NCBI GenBank assembly: GCA_030141605.1
Contig: JAQGDQ010000169.1
Location: 62,001-126,000, forward strand
DNA from: Tubiluchus corallicola
Lineage: Eukaryota; Animalia; Priapulida
DNA length: 64,000 bases
Direction: 5' to 3'
Part shown: in pieces, positions 36,401 through 57,917 of the stretch
Position numbering within the stretch: position 1 is the first letter of the stretch
Layout: every line of letters begins with the position of its first letter
Translations under genes and position numbers: made by a program
The notes under the pieces: model-generated
Told to the model about the DNA's origin: nothing
Database searches by the model: none
The model's input: only the letters and a program-made list of their open reading frames with translations

Positions 36401-37547
36401 CTAGTAATATGCTACGACATCTTGGCATAAATCGACATGCTGATGCAATCTCAAATGCTGTTTTTGACATTATTAAATCCAGAAAGGTAAGTATAGCCAT
36501 TCTATTAATCGGTAAAAGTGTTTAGTACCGTAGGAAAGAAGACAGTGTGCCTCAGTTGCAGCACTTTATGAGAAATGGTAGTGTTGGTCTAGTACATTGA
36601 CAAAAGTTGTTATTCTACCGAATCAGTAGAAATATGCCTGACATAATTTTATTTTTTCATGAAAACATTGTTTACTGCATGAAGATTGCAATAGTAGTAA
36701 AAAGTGAATTGTTTTGAAGATGGCTTCATTCATTTTCATACCTGTTTAGTAGGCACTTACTTGTACATTAGTAATAGTTTTGATATTTTACATTAATAGT
36801 TAGAAACAATAGTAAATGTATTATTTAGAGGAATACGATAAACTTAAATATCGCACTTTCTGGTACTTGCATTGTGCAATAACATGTGAATTCTAGTATT
36901 TGATGTGGTACAGTAATAGCACAATGAGATGCTAATTTTTATGGTGCTATTAGACAACTAGTTTAATAAGTTTACGCCATAGTTAAGCTGCTATTGTATA
37001 ATGTAACTGTGTAACTGAACAAGCGGCTGCCTTACGACAAATATGATGCAGTCAATCAAAGTTAAAACTATTTGTGACATTATTGCAAGCCATTTTTCAG
37101 TAAGATTACTTAAGCAGTTTTATCAAATTCATTTCACTTCATATTTTATTTGTGTAGCATAAGACCACATAAAATACAAATACAACAATCAAATAGACTA
37201 CAATACAATGAAATACTAAATATTTTTACATGTAGGGTTAGTATTAAGTGTAAGAGCTAAAGTGTAAATTCTCAAGAAACTAATGATGTAATACTTCTTT
37301 TAATTTTACAAAAAGTAGCATTGACAAGCAGCAACGATTTACCAACGTTTTTTTGTCACATTTTAAATATTTATTTGAATTGCATTCACTTCAGTGAAAA
37401 ACTGTCTTTTTTACTTTGCATTTATTTCAAGATGCTGTTTACGAAATTTAATTAATTTCAATTGTTTAGGTGAGAACAAAGGATATGGGTGGACATGCTA
37501 CCACTACAAGCTTTACTAATGCCGTGCTTCAGGCTGTCAAGATCTGA
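27425..37547 (+). CDS. IDH3B: NAD-dependent isocitrate dehydrogenase 3, beta subunit (mitochondrial), 378 aa
   Basis: Exons 27425-27493, 28470-28648, 29723-29860, 30664-30796, 31723-31845, 32168-32428, 36331-36486, 37470-37547; GT-AG; total 1137 nt. Motifs [76 protein letters not shown]; REQ and DNCCMQ are beta-type. Exon 1 is the least certain. Confidence 0.93.
27788..28384. mobile_element. TIR element (PIF/Harbinger-like MITE, tentative) in IDH3B intron 1
   Basis: Perfect 15-bp inverted repeat AATCTAAGCAGATTC (27803-27817) / GAATCTGCTTAGATT (28352-28366); GGCCC right terminus. Confidence 0.5.
28790..29520 (+). mobile_element. Highly degenerate CR1 LINE RT fragment in IDH3B intron 2
   Basis: Translatable remnants [11 protein letters not shown] (~28915) and [16 protein letters not shown] (~29311). 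Confidence 0.75.
32023..32088. repeat. 33-bp tandem duplication (1 mismatch)
   Basis: GTCTCTGTGAGATTTT(C/G)AATATATGCTAAGTTC twice. Confidence 0.9.
33243..35338 (+). mobile_element. Non-autonomous Kolobok-like DNA transposon with a THAP-domain relic, in IDH3B intron 6
   Basis: TTAA at 33239-33242 and 35339-35342. TIRs AGGTGGAATATCACCAAAATTAAGTT vs reverse complement AGGGGGAATATCATGAAAATCAAGTT. Decayed THAP-like GCS...FP..N.ELLKQ*THN...FTP..LC..F..CFE at ~33690-33855. Confidence 0.75.
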
Positions 37548-39375
37548 ATTCAAGTCACCTACCAACTGTTCATATTTTTGTCTCAGAAAGTGATAGTGTA
37601 TTTTACTGTAATATGTTCGTTTTCCCTTTCAGAATGGCACATTATGAACAGGACGTGACCCATTTAATTTTGAAAAAAAATTAGTTTAATTTGCTTTTAC
37701 AGTAACAGGAATGGCTGTATTCAGTAGCTATGTAGCTATTTGACATGAATGTAAGTTACACTGTTCTTTTCTTAGCACTATGTCACTTTTCTGCAGTTGT
37801 ATCTTTTTACCATTAATATAAAACATAAACGCCTCAGTTACATTACTTTACCATGTCTAACGATAAGCCACATATCTGTAATCAGCTGTTAATTAAAAAT
37901 CAAAGAAAATTCTGTTTACGTGATTTGCTTTTTGACAATTTAATGTTCCAAAAGAGAAGATCCATGTTAAAAATTATTATTAAAGATGTCAAGCTTCATT
38001 TATTGATGAAGACTTTTATGTTTGCTGCCTGCAATGATGTAATGGTAACAAGTCTTTTGTGACATTTGTCTGCTCAACAGGTGTTAGCTCGGTGGTATGA
38101 AAGGACAACTCAAACTTTCCTGTTTATACATCCGGATTGTATTTATAAAACATTCCTACTCATTTTAAATGGAAATGAATCAACCAAGCAGAATTTTGTT
38201 ATTTTCATCCCATAAATTTCTTTATCCTATTGGAAGTCTTTGTTGTTTAATCTCATTTTAGTATTTTGGTTGTTTTGTGTGGTTTGAAAAACAAATGTTC
38301 ATTTTGTAATACGGGTATTTATTAAAGCACCAAAAATATAGCTCAAATGCAAAATCTGGTGTGTGCTTTTTTAAAAAGTTCTTCGTAAGCAACAAATAGT
38401 TTTTATGCTCTGCCAGTTAAAGAAGGTAAAACACATTTTTGCATTTAAACAAATTTCATCTCAGTCTTTATGTATAAGTACTCAGTATGAAGCTGGACTT
38501 CTATGACATAAATGGAGAATTTGTTGTAGTTGCAGAACAGTACAGTAAAAATGGATCCTTTCCATTTGGTATCCTAATACTGGCAATGTTATGTAGAAAT
38601 AATTGAAAGAATGTTACAAGCTATTGCATTAATTTTTACTAAAATCTTCACCATACATTTTTGTGTAATATCACCTTAAATATATATGTATAACTACAAT
38701 ATATATGTTGCAGGAAATGCAGTTTATTATTGCTCACGATTTCACAGTTGAAAGCCAGTCAGACTCATTATAGCTTGCTTTGACTATGCTTATAACTTTT
38801 AGTAATTGTTTTTATTTAGTTTACCTTCGAATACAAAACCTTTTTTTACTGCAACGATTGATATTGTTGACAAGAATTTCTTGAAATCTACTTTGCCATG
38901 GCCAGGTTTAATTTCTTTGCACTGACTACAGTCTGTTTTTAAGTGATACAGTGACATTGTAAAACTGTAAAATTTTTGTGCTTATTAATGTTACTGCTAT
39001 TCAGATTTTAATTATTTATTAGACACATATGTTGCAAAGTTGTGCACATGTAAAATGCCTAACCATTGTTATTATTATTTATGTTATATCATTTTGTTAT
39101 CGTTTTAGGCATATCTTAATTTTCGAAACTGAGAGAGAAGTGTTATAGTATGCAATAGCCAAACTGAACTTCTTTAACAATGATTGTTGTTGTAACTAAA
39201 ACTGTGATGTTGGAATGTATTTCTTTGTCCTTTTTCCAAGCACTTGTAACAGTTTATAATCTAGCTTGTATGCACACGATAAGATTAAATTCGATTTTTA
39301 GTTACTAGCACAATTATGGCATTTCCTGTAGATTTTGCATATTGCAGCACAAAAATTCTCATGGTATTATAATTA

Positions 39376-39904
39376 CAGTAGTCGCCGCTTAATAGACTCA
39401 ATCGCTTAATTGACTCAAAAACGCTTGGAATGGGCCGCTTTTTTTCAAATATACATAAAAACTATCGGTAATTGACTCAAATAACTCTACATAATTGACT
39501 CAATATATTTCCTTCACGTACTTAAAATAAGACATTTGTATTTGCCCAAAGAGCCTTTCCTACTTTTATGTCATCCTTTCCTTTTGTGCACTATGTGTGC
39601 AGAATCAATCATGTTAAGTACCGTTTTGTTTGTAAGCAGGTATATTTATCATGCACTAATACGCTAACGTAGCGGGTTTGCTTTGAATCTGTTACCCAAA
39701 GAATTTCTGGAAGCCAGACATTTAACCACTTGCCAAGCGGTTTTCTTGTGATGCTCTAGTTGCAAATGCAGGTACAGTAATCAGCCAGTGATCCTTGTGA
39801 CTTACAATAGTAAACATCATACAGCAAATAAGGGCATAGTTCAGTCGGTTAATTGGGGCAAAACACGTTGGTCCCAAAGAGAGTCTGTTAAGCAGTGCCT
39901 ACTG
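39376..39904. mobile_element. pogo/Tigger-like MITE
   Basis: TA|CAGTAGTCGCCGCTTAATAGACTC ... GAGTCTGTTAAGCAGTGCCTACTG|TA TIRs with a TA TSD; homologous to 54719-55678. Confidence 0.85.
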
Positions 39905-41641
39905 TATTTATGACTGTATGGTATTGTACATGGTATTATAAGTGTTTACATAGTACCATTGGTTTTGGTGGTACTCGATAGTAGGAAGTCACTTGGTTGG
40001 CACTCAGTGTTTCTTGCCATAGACTATATTCCTTGCTCCTAAACATTTCACTTTCTTTGTATTCATGCCTCCATGAAGAACTATTTTAATGCATATGGTT
40101 TTTCAAAGGTACATAGTAAGTAAGATTAAACAGAAAATTAACAACTTAAAATTTATTATAGCATAATAACAGTCAACAGCACTGTCAATGAGACAGCTAG
40201 AATGATTATTGAAAAAACATTCCTCTAAAACTCACCATTAAATTGTTAAATATTGCTAAATAAAAAATATTAATTAATTGATAAATTAAATGCAAATTTT
40301 AAATGCAAACTAATATCTCAAAAAGAGAACTAAACTGCTTGAGCACAGACCTATAACAGCACATTAGGAAAGCCATTTCCAAAAAAAATGAAAAATCAAA
40401 TTAACAATCAATGGTAGTTACTTAATATATTAATAAAAATAATCACTATAAATAACAGCAAATTTAAATGCTTGCATATCGTTTTTGTGACACTTTATGA
40501 TTTACAATTTGATAAAAAAAATATTATTTAGATATTAAATTTAATTAACTGAATTTTCAATTAACAAGCAACATTTTGTTTAAGAGCGGCTAATCAACAG
40601 CATCCGCAGGTAATAAATACATGGGTAAATTGCTATAAAGCAAGTACCTAGATCACTTCATTAACTAACAAAAATTCATCCACTATGTAGAAGTCAATGG
40701 TAGGTTTATAATGCAAGTATAGCTGGACTTCCAGAAACTGCAATGCTGCTTTCAGTCCAGGTATAAAAAATAATTATAATAATAAGTACTATAAATTCAA
40801 ATGCAATAATTTCTGATGATAACTTGCCTTACCATTGTGGTACTATATTTCTATTACTAACAATAGCAGTACTATGCATAATCCCGGTTGGAATAACAAT
40901 TTGTAGACTGCTTTTTGCGTATCATAAGTGTAACATATAACCAGTGCAGCAAATTATAAATTTTGAAAGGTATTTGATATGCGGATAGGGTAGGTAGTTC
41001 TATTTTGAGGTAGTGTTCGTGAGCATCGTGAGCTAGAGGCAAAAGATACATGTTAGTGCACAATATTAGTACTAATTTAAGCACTTTGAGTAATTTCAGT
41101 AAAACTCATCATATCAAGCAACATGAATAACCACTGCACACAATTGTTATAATGACATAATTCTGCAATGAAATGGCAAAATAAATGACACCTGGTGTAT
41201 AAACGCATGCTACTAAAATTAAAAACTATGATAATAATAGTGGTGCAATGTATTATAATGAAAAATCAGTGCAATACGTGAGTGATGATGATCATAAAAT
41301 AGAAAATCGTATAAGATAGAAATTGTCAATTGATAAAATCATAAGTCGGTTTTACAAAAGGCACTTGTACTAGAACTCAAAACACTCCATAAGCAACCAG
41401 AAAGGGTGGCTTCAAAAGGTGTATAATAAATGTAGTGGCAAAGGGGCTTAACACACTTAAAAGATAACACTGCAATCTCAAATGTTGGAGCACCACACAA
41501 TTAGAGCATTAACTTTAAATAGGTATCATTCACTCTTATTTTTTACAGATAAAACTGCTACATTTATAGGACCAGTCTTCATTCAATAATATTAAGTCAT
41601 TCTACATATAATGTATTTTAAAGAACATCAGGCAATTTTAG

Positions 41642-44600
41642 TTATAAGCCTTTGTTAAAATACAATCTTGCTGGAAGGTGTTCTCCACATAGTTCCTGTA
41701 ACTGCTTGTACTTGTGTGGTTCTAAACGCTGTAACTTTTCAATAGATATTGAGCTGTAAAGGAGAGATCAATTGTATAGAAATAAACAAGTTTTGATTTG
41801 TGAAAGTGATTTCTTGTGAAACGATTAGAGCAAAGTTACATGGTGACCTTTTTGGCAAACTACTATAAGTGTATTACCTTAAGCGGAACTAAATTTCATC
41901 CTTTATATTATTCAATGCAGTGTAAAACTAATTCCCCAAAATAATTATTACAGGTCTGTCCATCTCAGATCTCATGAAGAATCCTATCAATTTTGGAGTC
42001 CCAAGGTCAAAGGTCAGAGGACCAAATACTTGAAAAAGCTTGTGTGACCCAAAGCTTCGTCTCTCTGCTTTGTGGCGTCTTGTTCATTTTTGGGATAATG
42101 ATTTAAGGCCAAGCTCTATCATAAAACTTCCCGATCATATAAAATGAAAAACATTCGAAATGAATACAAACACAGCTTACCTTCTTTGCGGAAAAATCGA
42201 ACAAGCAATTGGCACCATAAAAACCAAGCTGAAATGTACAGGTTAATGCTTGAATAACATACCACAATCGAAAAAACGAAATAAAATGGAAGAGAAATAC
42301 TAATATGTTTAGCAATAATCTACTAAGCTTTCAAAGCTTACATTAGATAGCTAAAGATTGATTAATTGTACTTTTTTATAAAATAACATGTAGAACAGCT
42401 ATCAAAATCAACTTGAGTTTAACTTTCCATACTTACAAGCATCCAACAATTGTAACTTGGATGGGACCATGAAGAAACTTAATCCGTTGCATCCACTTAA
42501 ACTGTTCTAATTTTTCCATTATTAGTGGACATATAGCTGGAAAAATGTTAATTACTGTAAAATGTCTAATGAAAATTTCAGAGAAAAAGCAAATATTATG
42601 TTCTTGGGAAAGCACTGATAATGTATAGCTCCCTATTATGTGTTGCACAAGTTTTGCAATAGTTAATTGATTAAAACATAATCATTTAAATCTGATATAA
42701 GCCAGTGGAAGTGTTACATTAGGCCATTTAGAAAATAGTAATACTGAGATAATTTTATATATCAATATAGTTACTTTGAATAAAAACAAGTTCCGAGTTC
42801 TGTCCTTAAATGAATTTTGCCCAATTAGAAATATTAAATGCTTCTAATTGATATTAAAAATTCAAATCAAATGAAAAACAGAATAACAAAATAACACAAA
42901 GATCATACTCATCCCTGGCATTGCCATTACAATACGGCAAAACGTGACTTGACTTATCCCCTTTGTTGCAGCTGCCTGTGTAAAAGAAAAAGTAAAGTTA
43001 TCTGCACATTACCATTAACTGCTTTGATAAGATAAGAAAGTTTTATTTCTTTTTAAAGCATCACTACTCTTCTTATCATTATTCACAGATCAACAAAAAC
43101 TCAACAGAAGCTATAAATTAGAATACACAAAAGAATAGTCTAACAAACATCATGCAAGAACCTGCAAAAATCAAATAAATAAACATGAAAAATTTCCGTG
43201 CATCCATAAATGGCAACAATTTAACATTTTTTTGGTTATTTAGCAACAATATTGGACTATTAATAAATTTACCTAGACATATATATCTTACTGTAAATAA
43301 CTTTGCGATAGAACTTAACTGATGTTGATACGAAAGCTGTTGTTTTAAATGAGCTACTTCAAACATTTCTCTTGTGTACTAAAAACTCCTTTTGCAAAAT
43401 AAAGAAGTTGTCCTACCTTCGAAGTAAGTAGCTTCTTTCCATCTTCATCAGAACAAACAACACCATCTGTGAGTTCCCTACAAAAGAAAAAACTACTTAC
43501 AATTTCAAAGCTAATAGCAGCAACAATATGCCAATTACATCAGAATGTACATTAAATCATCATTTACAGACAAGATGTTACTTACATTTGTCGCATTAGA
43601 GGGATGTTGACGCAATTTGCAGCAGCTACTGCTGCAAACGGCACAAAACGTTGCATTAACGAAGAAGCACGCTGAAAAGAAAATAAAGATACCATAGTTA
43701 ACTCTAATACAATAATAATTTGAAGGGCTGTAATTTAATCCTGCAATCATATTTATTTGTTTAATTTACTACTGGTAAAAAAAGATTTTTTTCCATCAAA
43801 ACTACTTATGCGAAGGTTAAAAAGGAAATGAAAATGTCTAATGTCAATACCTTTGCTAGAAACTGTTTAAGTCCTGTAGCAGTAACCACAGCACTGGTAG
43901 TTGCAGAAACGTATGCTACTCCTATCTGACTGAAACAGCAAAATGAAAAAAGTTAATAGCATTCATATTACTTTGAGGCAGTAAAATTAGTTCTACACAC
44001 TTAGGCAGAAGAAACTGTATTAAATTCATTCTGTCGAAAAATGGGTATACTTCGTACAATAATGCCACTTTATTCTAACGAATTTCCATTGATGCACATT
44101 GATTAACTTCAAGGCTAAGAACCCCATTTGTTGCACACTTGTATTTACCAAATACACAACAAAAAAGGTGCTTACCAGGCATCTTTAAACCAAGACGACT
44201 CACCTTAATGTCAAATCTGATTCTGCATTCCGGTTTGTATAATTCACTAATGCGTTGAAAGACTGGTTAACCCACTGCCAAAAAATGACTGCTGTATTTG
44301 TTCTGTAAGAAATAAGTGCAATGATATAAAATCTCAAAATGAAAACATCAGATCATAATTCATTTAGTATGACTTCAATTAACAGTGTGTTAGTTAAAAC
44401 ACCATTCTGATGAAATGCAGTGACGTTAATAAAAAACTTACCATACATTAAAATTTAATACTGACTTCTGATATAGATATACGGTATTTTATACCTGTAC
44501 CACTGCAACATAGCACCAGTTATGGCCATTCCACCTGGAACTTGAAAACTCATACGTCCAATTACATTTTGTAATTCACCAGAATCGGGATGAAAGGAAG

Positions 44601-44977
44601 ATTCAAAGAGTTGCTTGGCTCGCCACAGTTGTTCTTCAGTTGTACCAGGGGGTTCTTGACTTAATCTAAATGCAATATAAAATTATACTCTTAAAATGAG
44701 AGTTAAAAGTTTTCACCAATCATAAGAAAAGTAACAAAGACACAAAGTAAAACACAATTTAACTTGCAAGAAAATTTACTGCTTATCCACTATAAATTTT
44801 ATAGTAGTACCGATATTTGCTAATGAGATCCTTTGCGGCTTCCAATTCCTTTTTTGAACACACCACAGTTCGCATGTCAGTTATCGTAGCAAAATGCTTT
44901 AGTCGCCCAAGAAAAGTTTGCTGGTCCCATCTTGGTTTACTAATGTCGATGCGAAGGCTACGTAGTCTTACTTCCAT
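41642..44977 (-). CDS. SFXN2: Sideroflexin-2-like mitochondrial carrier, 329 aa
   Basis: Exons (minus) 44977-44811, 44665-44495, 44302-44204, 43929-43851, 43671-43586, 43477-43417, 42975-42909, 42536-42437, 42228-42181, 41753-41642; total 990 nt. Motifs [73 protein letters not shown] and C-terminal YFNKGL. SFQ-PGG and LHGPIQV match SFXN2 better than SFXN1/3. Confidence 0.93.
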
Positions 44978-45458
44978 CTCTAGAAACTTTTCTAAAAATG
45001 TCTATAATTTGTAATACTTTATTAGACTATTCATCATCATTATCATCATCATATGTCTATCGTAGGCAGTGCCAGGCAGAACTCCAAAAAAACAAAATCA
45101 GCTTTCAAGACAGGTAAATGCAGCAGTAATCCAGCAAAATACTAGACACTGCTATGCCACTGGCTTGTCAGCATCACTGATGAGTTGCTGTATCACCAAT
45201 ATTTGTACAAAATGTGGCACAATATCCTAAAGCATAGTCTATATAATTTCAATGATCTTGCTTATTAACAGTTAGTAATGCTAGCTGTTATACATCAGCA
45301 AGCAATTAGAATTAGAAAATTGTGGAATAACACTCAGTTAGCATACTGGACAAAATATGTAGCCAAAGTTTAGTATTTTTAGCAAAAAAACCACATTAAA
45401 TAAAACTACTGTGTGTACTATACCATGCCTTAAATAGAACAAATGAAAGTCTCAAAAA

Positions 45459-45610
45459 TAGGGATGTTAACGATAATGATATGTATCGATAATATTCGAT
45501 TATCGTATCGATAAGAAAAATTTGTTTCTATCATTATCGTATAGATAATATTCTAAGAATATCGTTATCGTATCAAATTTGGCATGCAACATTGCTTATC
45601 GCTTACCTAT
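45459..45610. mobile_element. hAT-like terminal fragment with (TATCGATA)-type repeats
   Basis: Begins TAGGGATG, then clustered TATCGATA/TTATCGTA motifs; matching right end not found. Confidence 0.4.
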
Positions 45611-48600
45611 ATAAAATCGCTTCACTTTGTTTTTCTACTTATTTAGCGTAATTACGCAAAAAGTGGATAAAAACAATCGTTTAAAATTTTAAATCAGAAG
45701 CCGCATCATTTTCTTATACGTTTGCTTGGCAATAATGGCTATCTGCATTCTGAATCATGCTGACACGTGGCTGCCAAAGACACTGTACCGTATTTTTAGT
45801 GTCACATTAAGCTTATCTGCAGTTCACACAGATAAATATTTTTATTGTAGTAATGTGTTTATCTGTCGCAGCTTTTTTATTTATGAATCATTATGACAAC
45901 AACACAGAGAATTTTGTGTAGACATGTAGTCGGTACAAGAATTTTAGCTGAGAAATAGAGCAAGGAAATTATCCCAAAGCAGCTGACAAGGCATATGAAC
46001 ATAACTTCCGGTTCAAATTTAGCGTGCAAATGTTAGAAATTTGTCTAAACATTTATTTGGCATTTAAAAAAATCTCGAATTTTAGGTACGTATGACTGCA
46101 TACCTTGTTAACAGACAAACTGAAGCAATGCTGGAATAAATTAAACTCTATGGTGTTACTACAAAAACACATTTAAAATTAGATGTACTCATTAAATCAT
46201 TTAAGCCTTAAACTGAATTTCAAATATAATTTTAGCAACGTTCTTGCATATGATTGCTGATCTGCCTCACAATGCCTTTATAAAACTAGTATTAAAAATT
46301 ATGGAAGTCGAGATTAGTTCAACTCAATAACATTATATTTATAAATTCAACCTACAAAAATACACGTTTTACCTTGTAAGGTGAATTGTAAGGGAAACAA
46401 GTATGGTACACTTGATGCATACACCATTGCACATCTAAACCCTAAGCTAAACTTTTAATGGAAACTATGACCAAATGTTGTATCGGCCACTGAATTTATA
46501 TTCATACCATTGACATTGAAAGGAGAGATTGTTAGCCTAGTTTAGCGACTCTGCCATTAACCATTATACTTTTAGTTTTAAATTTACTAAAAATTGCGTA
46601 TTCCTACTAGTAACGATTCTTCAGCTATACTGCCAGCTTCTGCCCTGTTAAGTTACTTACTTATGACAAGCAACAAACAACAAAATATTTGCTAGACACT
46701 TCAACTGGTTAATTTGCAGTTTACGCTGGTCTTTCGCTGCTCCTTCTCAGTTGCAATGAAATGTGAAAATAATTAATAAATTATGTCGAATTTTAAACGC
46801 TATTGAGAAAATAAAGTTGAATTGAATTATGCCCAAGTGGTTCCCGTAAATTTGCTAATACACAAATTCCGCGAAATTCACAGAGATCATGTGGCGACGG
46901 CGCGTAACGCATAGTTGCAAGTGCTGCCAGGCACTAAAAAGAAAGTGCCAATTCCAAGAATGTTACTCAATAAAAAGTTAAAAACCAGTAACTGCCGTTA
47001 TAAACTTGTTGTCGCCAGCTGGAAGTAGGTAATATGCACAGTCTTTTTAACTCACTTTTATCATCTAGCATTTTCTGTTCATCCGTAAAACCACAAACTT
47101 GACAAGATCGAACAAGATACAAGGCACCCGCCAAAACAATAAAAAATTAAAGGACACTAGTCTTATAATACTCATTCTTATTTCAAATGTAAAAAAAAAC
47201 ATAATACCGGTAATTGTAATTTTCTCAATAAAAATTTATGTTATATCCGTGCTGTAAAGGAAATTTGTGCAAGAAGTTCTTATTTGATTTTTATTTATTT
47301 GGTCTCATACATCTGTTCATAAAATAATACAATATACAGTGTGCAGTTACTATAACTGTACTGACTACTGAGGCGGCGTGGCGAAAGATCACATACAGTC
47401 ACCTTGCAGCCACCCCCTTGCAGAATTATCTTAGAATTCTTTTTATTACTTACACGCATTGAAAATTGGCTAACTACAAGAGTCGAATTACCTTTCAATG
47501 AATAAGTGGTACAAAACGCATTCAATAAACAGTAGGGTTACTCAATAAACAATAATGACATGATCTTATTGACATCATCTTAACAGAAGCTGGAGTTTCA
47601 CGTTAAAAATCTAACCTTAACAATGCAATGCAGCGCCATTGTAGGCATCTTACACTAGAGTTAATAACCACTAGTGCTGCAATGCTGCTTTTTAACTTCT
47701 TGCTTGAACAATGAGTAGGAATTTTCAAACGGATTCCTTACAAAACGTTTTGAATATCAAACTTTAAATCTTGCTTTTACAAAACCTTATGGATATCAAA
47801 CTTTAAATTGTGCTTTTATAATTTGGCACATTACAAGAAAAGCCCATTTTATTATCATGGATTTTCCCATTTTAGTAATCTGACGGTGAACTGGCAGAAG
47901 TGTATTAGCCATGTTTGGATGACATCCTCTACCTCCAAAGAAAATAGCAATAAAGGGGCACCGTGTGCATGATAAATTACCCAAAGCAGTTTCTTCTGAC
48001 AGTCACTCATCCATATACTGACCAATCTTGTTGCTGCTTACCTTAAAGCACAAAAGAAAACACTCTTCATAAATCGTTAGGCAAAGTTAATTAACAGTAA
48101 GTCGTATGAAATAAGTCTAGATAACAATGCGTAAAGCTTGAAAAAATAATCAGAGTATTCATAGCACAGTCTTCGCCAACTAAGCAAAAGTTTAAATTAC
48201 TTCATACTATAAATAAGATCAACGTTTTTTTAGTGAATCAATGGTGCACACGGGTATGGTAAGTATTTTACTAAATGGCACGGATATTTTAAATTGTTAA
48301 GAAGTTTCTTTTCCAGCATGTCTTTCATACAGGCAAGCATAACGCTAAATAATATAACATTGTATGAAAAGTGTTTTGGGACGTACTTTAAAATTGCCTT
48401 TTCTTCCCCTTTATACAAAAGTTTATGAGCAGATTTATATTCAAGAGGAACAGCAAATTATTGCAAAGAGATTTCGATATGTACACTTTGAATATGGTTA
48501 TGGGCGTAAAATCTCAATAGACTAACACTCAGGCAATTATGGATATGTTTACACTGAGTTACACGTTCATTGCTCTTGTCTCTCGAATTATGACTTTGCA

Positions 48601-50161
48601 CATGCAATTTTGAGCTTCAGGTCTGAATACTGTTTAGATACACCAAAATACATTTGTGCTGCAACACATATTACACTTTTTTATCAAAAGCCAAATTTTC
48701 TAATTAGCAATATATAAATTTTAGGATTTTTTATTTTCATTTAATGCGTGCATATTAATGATGTAATGTGACAATCTAATTGGTAATCTGATTATTTACC
48801 ATAGGCCAACAATGCCCACTCTTTACAAAACCTATTGTGTGCAAAACCTCAAATTGTTTACCATGTTTTTATAATTTGGCACTTGCAAGAAAAAACATTT
48901 TAATACCATAGATGAATGAATGTAACATTATACTCTCATTTAATTTAGAAAATGGCTGGATGTGACCATATGCAGTTCATGTTGGAAAAAATACCAGAGA
49001 GATATTTTGTGTAATTAAGCACCACAAATAAGATCTTTTTCATCAAATTATCGTTTTGCACAATTGGAAAATGCATACAGAACGAAAATACAAAATGAAA
49101 TCTCCAGCAAAATTAAATACATCGTCATCATTCAACATAAACCTATGACTTGCATACATATATTTTTGGCTTATTCTTTATTACTTTTGATATAATGCTG
49201 ACTTGTTTTCATTATCTTTGCAGCACTGATAGCTGCAGATTCATTACATTTTATGGAGAATGTTTATAAGCTGTATAAGAATTGATAATCATTCAAAAAA
49301 TGATAAAGATAATATTTAAGCTTTTAGCATCTCATTAAATTATACTATAGCTTACACTATGTATTGCTCTTATATTGTACAGTATAGTGTAATTGCATTT
49401 TCAATTTTTTATAACTTGGAGGCTGAAACAGCAGAAAACTAGGTGAAATGAAAGATTTGTGCACCTATCAATTGTAGTCTAATAAATTGGTATACAAATA
49501 ATTTGCAATCACAAAATGATGAGCTTTTTAATGAATTAGTTATCAAAAATTGATGCAGGAATTTATGTTACAAAAAAACTTTATAAAGATGTCTTTATAA
49601 ATATTACCACTACTGTTATTATTATTCCTATTTTACAATAGATAAAACCATTAAACCGATGAATTACCTAACACTGTTGTTAAAGTGATTTTAACAGAAC
49701 AATTGCAGGTGATTCATACTTCTTCCAGTAGTTATTTAATTTAAAATTCTCTTGCTCAAATGATACATCTTATTGGTTATTGCAGATACATAGCAGATTA
49801 TTGCATGGCAGAAATATAAAATTAAAAAACTATTCTTCTAGTTCATATTATATTCAAAACAAAACTTTATTTTTATCTAATCACAGACAACGTGCTGGTC
49901 CATTTGCCATAACATTTGTTATCAGGCGATAAAATGGAACAATACATAGACTTCATAACTTCTATGGAAACGACAATGCAAAATCTCATTGATGTTGTCT
50001 CACAATTATGTTTTTCTTAAATTTCACGTTAACCAAACCTGCTTCTCAATATAGTACCAACTCTGTTGATATTAGTGGCATACGAAGTCATGACAAGAAA
50101 ACCAGCAAAGGCTAGAAATTTTAGGTAGACCTGAATCAGTCACCACAATTACCTTTGCCAA

Positions 50162-57213
<7,052 letters not shown>

Positions 57214-57340
57214 GATCTTTCGTTTGAAGGTAACATATAAATTTTAACAAATTATAAGATTTATCACACTAACTTTTATTTAATTATAAATCATAGTACA
57301 CTTGTTGATAGTAGCGTACACTGGTACTAGCAGGAACAGC

Positions 57341-57917
57341 CATGGGCGCCGGGAGGCAGACGCACGTGCGTCCAAAGAATTTCTTGAGAAAATTTTTTAC
57401 AGCTAAATGAAGTTTTAGCAGTAAGCTAAGACACACATCAACCCTTTGTTTGTTTGCGCAATCCCCGAGCAGTTAGCTGATTTCCATAGTGAAGTTGTGT
57501 TTAAGTATATCACTTACATAGAGTTGATTCTCTTATCGATTTCCGTTGTCTACAGTTTTTTGCTAACTGTAACTGCACACTAAACAAATTAAGCTTCAGT
57601 AATGGGTCATCCGCAATGTAGTGCATTACGAACTTGCTTTTAAGATACACTGTATATGACTACTAAAATAGAATACAATAAATATTACCTAGTTAAATAT
57701 AGGTTACATGTATTTATTAAAGCAGAATTTTTCACGTTTGAGGAAGTCTATGTACCTGAGTTTAGATCTCATTTGAGGTTTCCAAAATGCCCTTAAATAC
57801 AGGTAAATGCGCTGGTGGTCGGGGTTCCGCCCTGATCCCGCTAGGGAAGCTTACTGCGCTCCCCAGAACCCCTAGCTGCTTGTGCGTCCAATTTTTTAAC
57901 CTCTGGCGGCGCCCATG
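57341..57917. mobile_element. hAT-type MITE with perfect 8-bp TSD
   Basis: GGAACAGC|CATGGGCGCCG...CGGCGCCCATG|GGAACAGC: TSD at 57333-57340 and 57918-57925, 11-bp perfect TIR. Confidence 0.9.

Noticed and set aside
49213-49240. Iron-responsive element downstream of BDH2 (CAGTG in a TGCAGC/GCTGCA hairpin; also ~49672)
   Set aside because: The geometry does not fit the IRE pattern (bulged C, 5-bp stem, CAGUGN loop), and both sites lie beyond the likely polyA signal.
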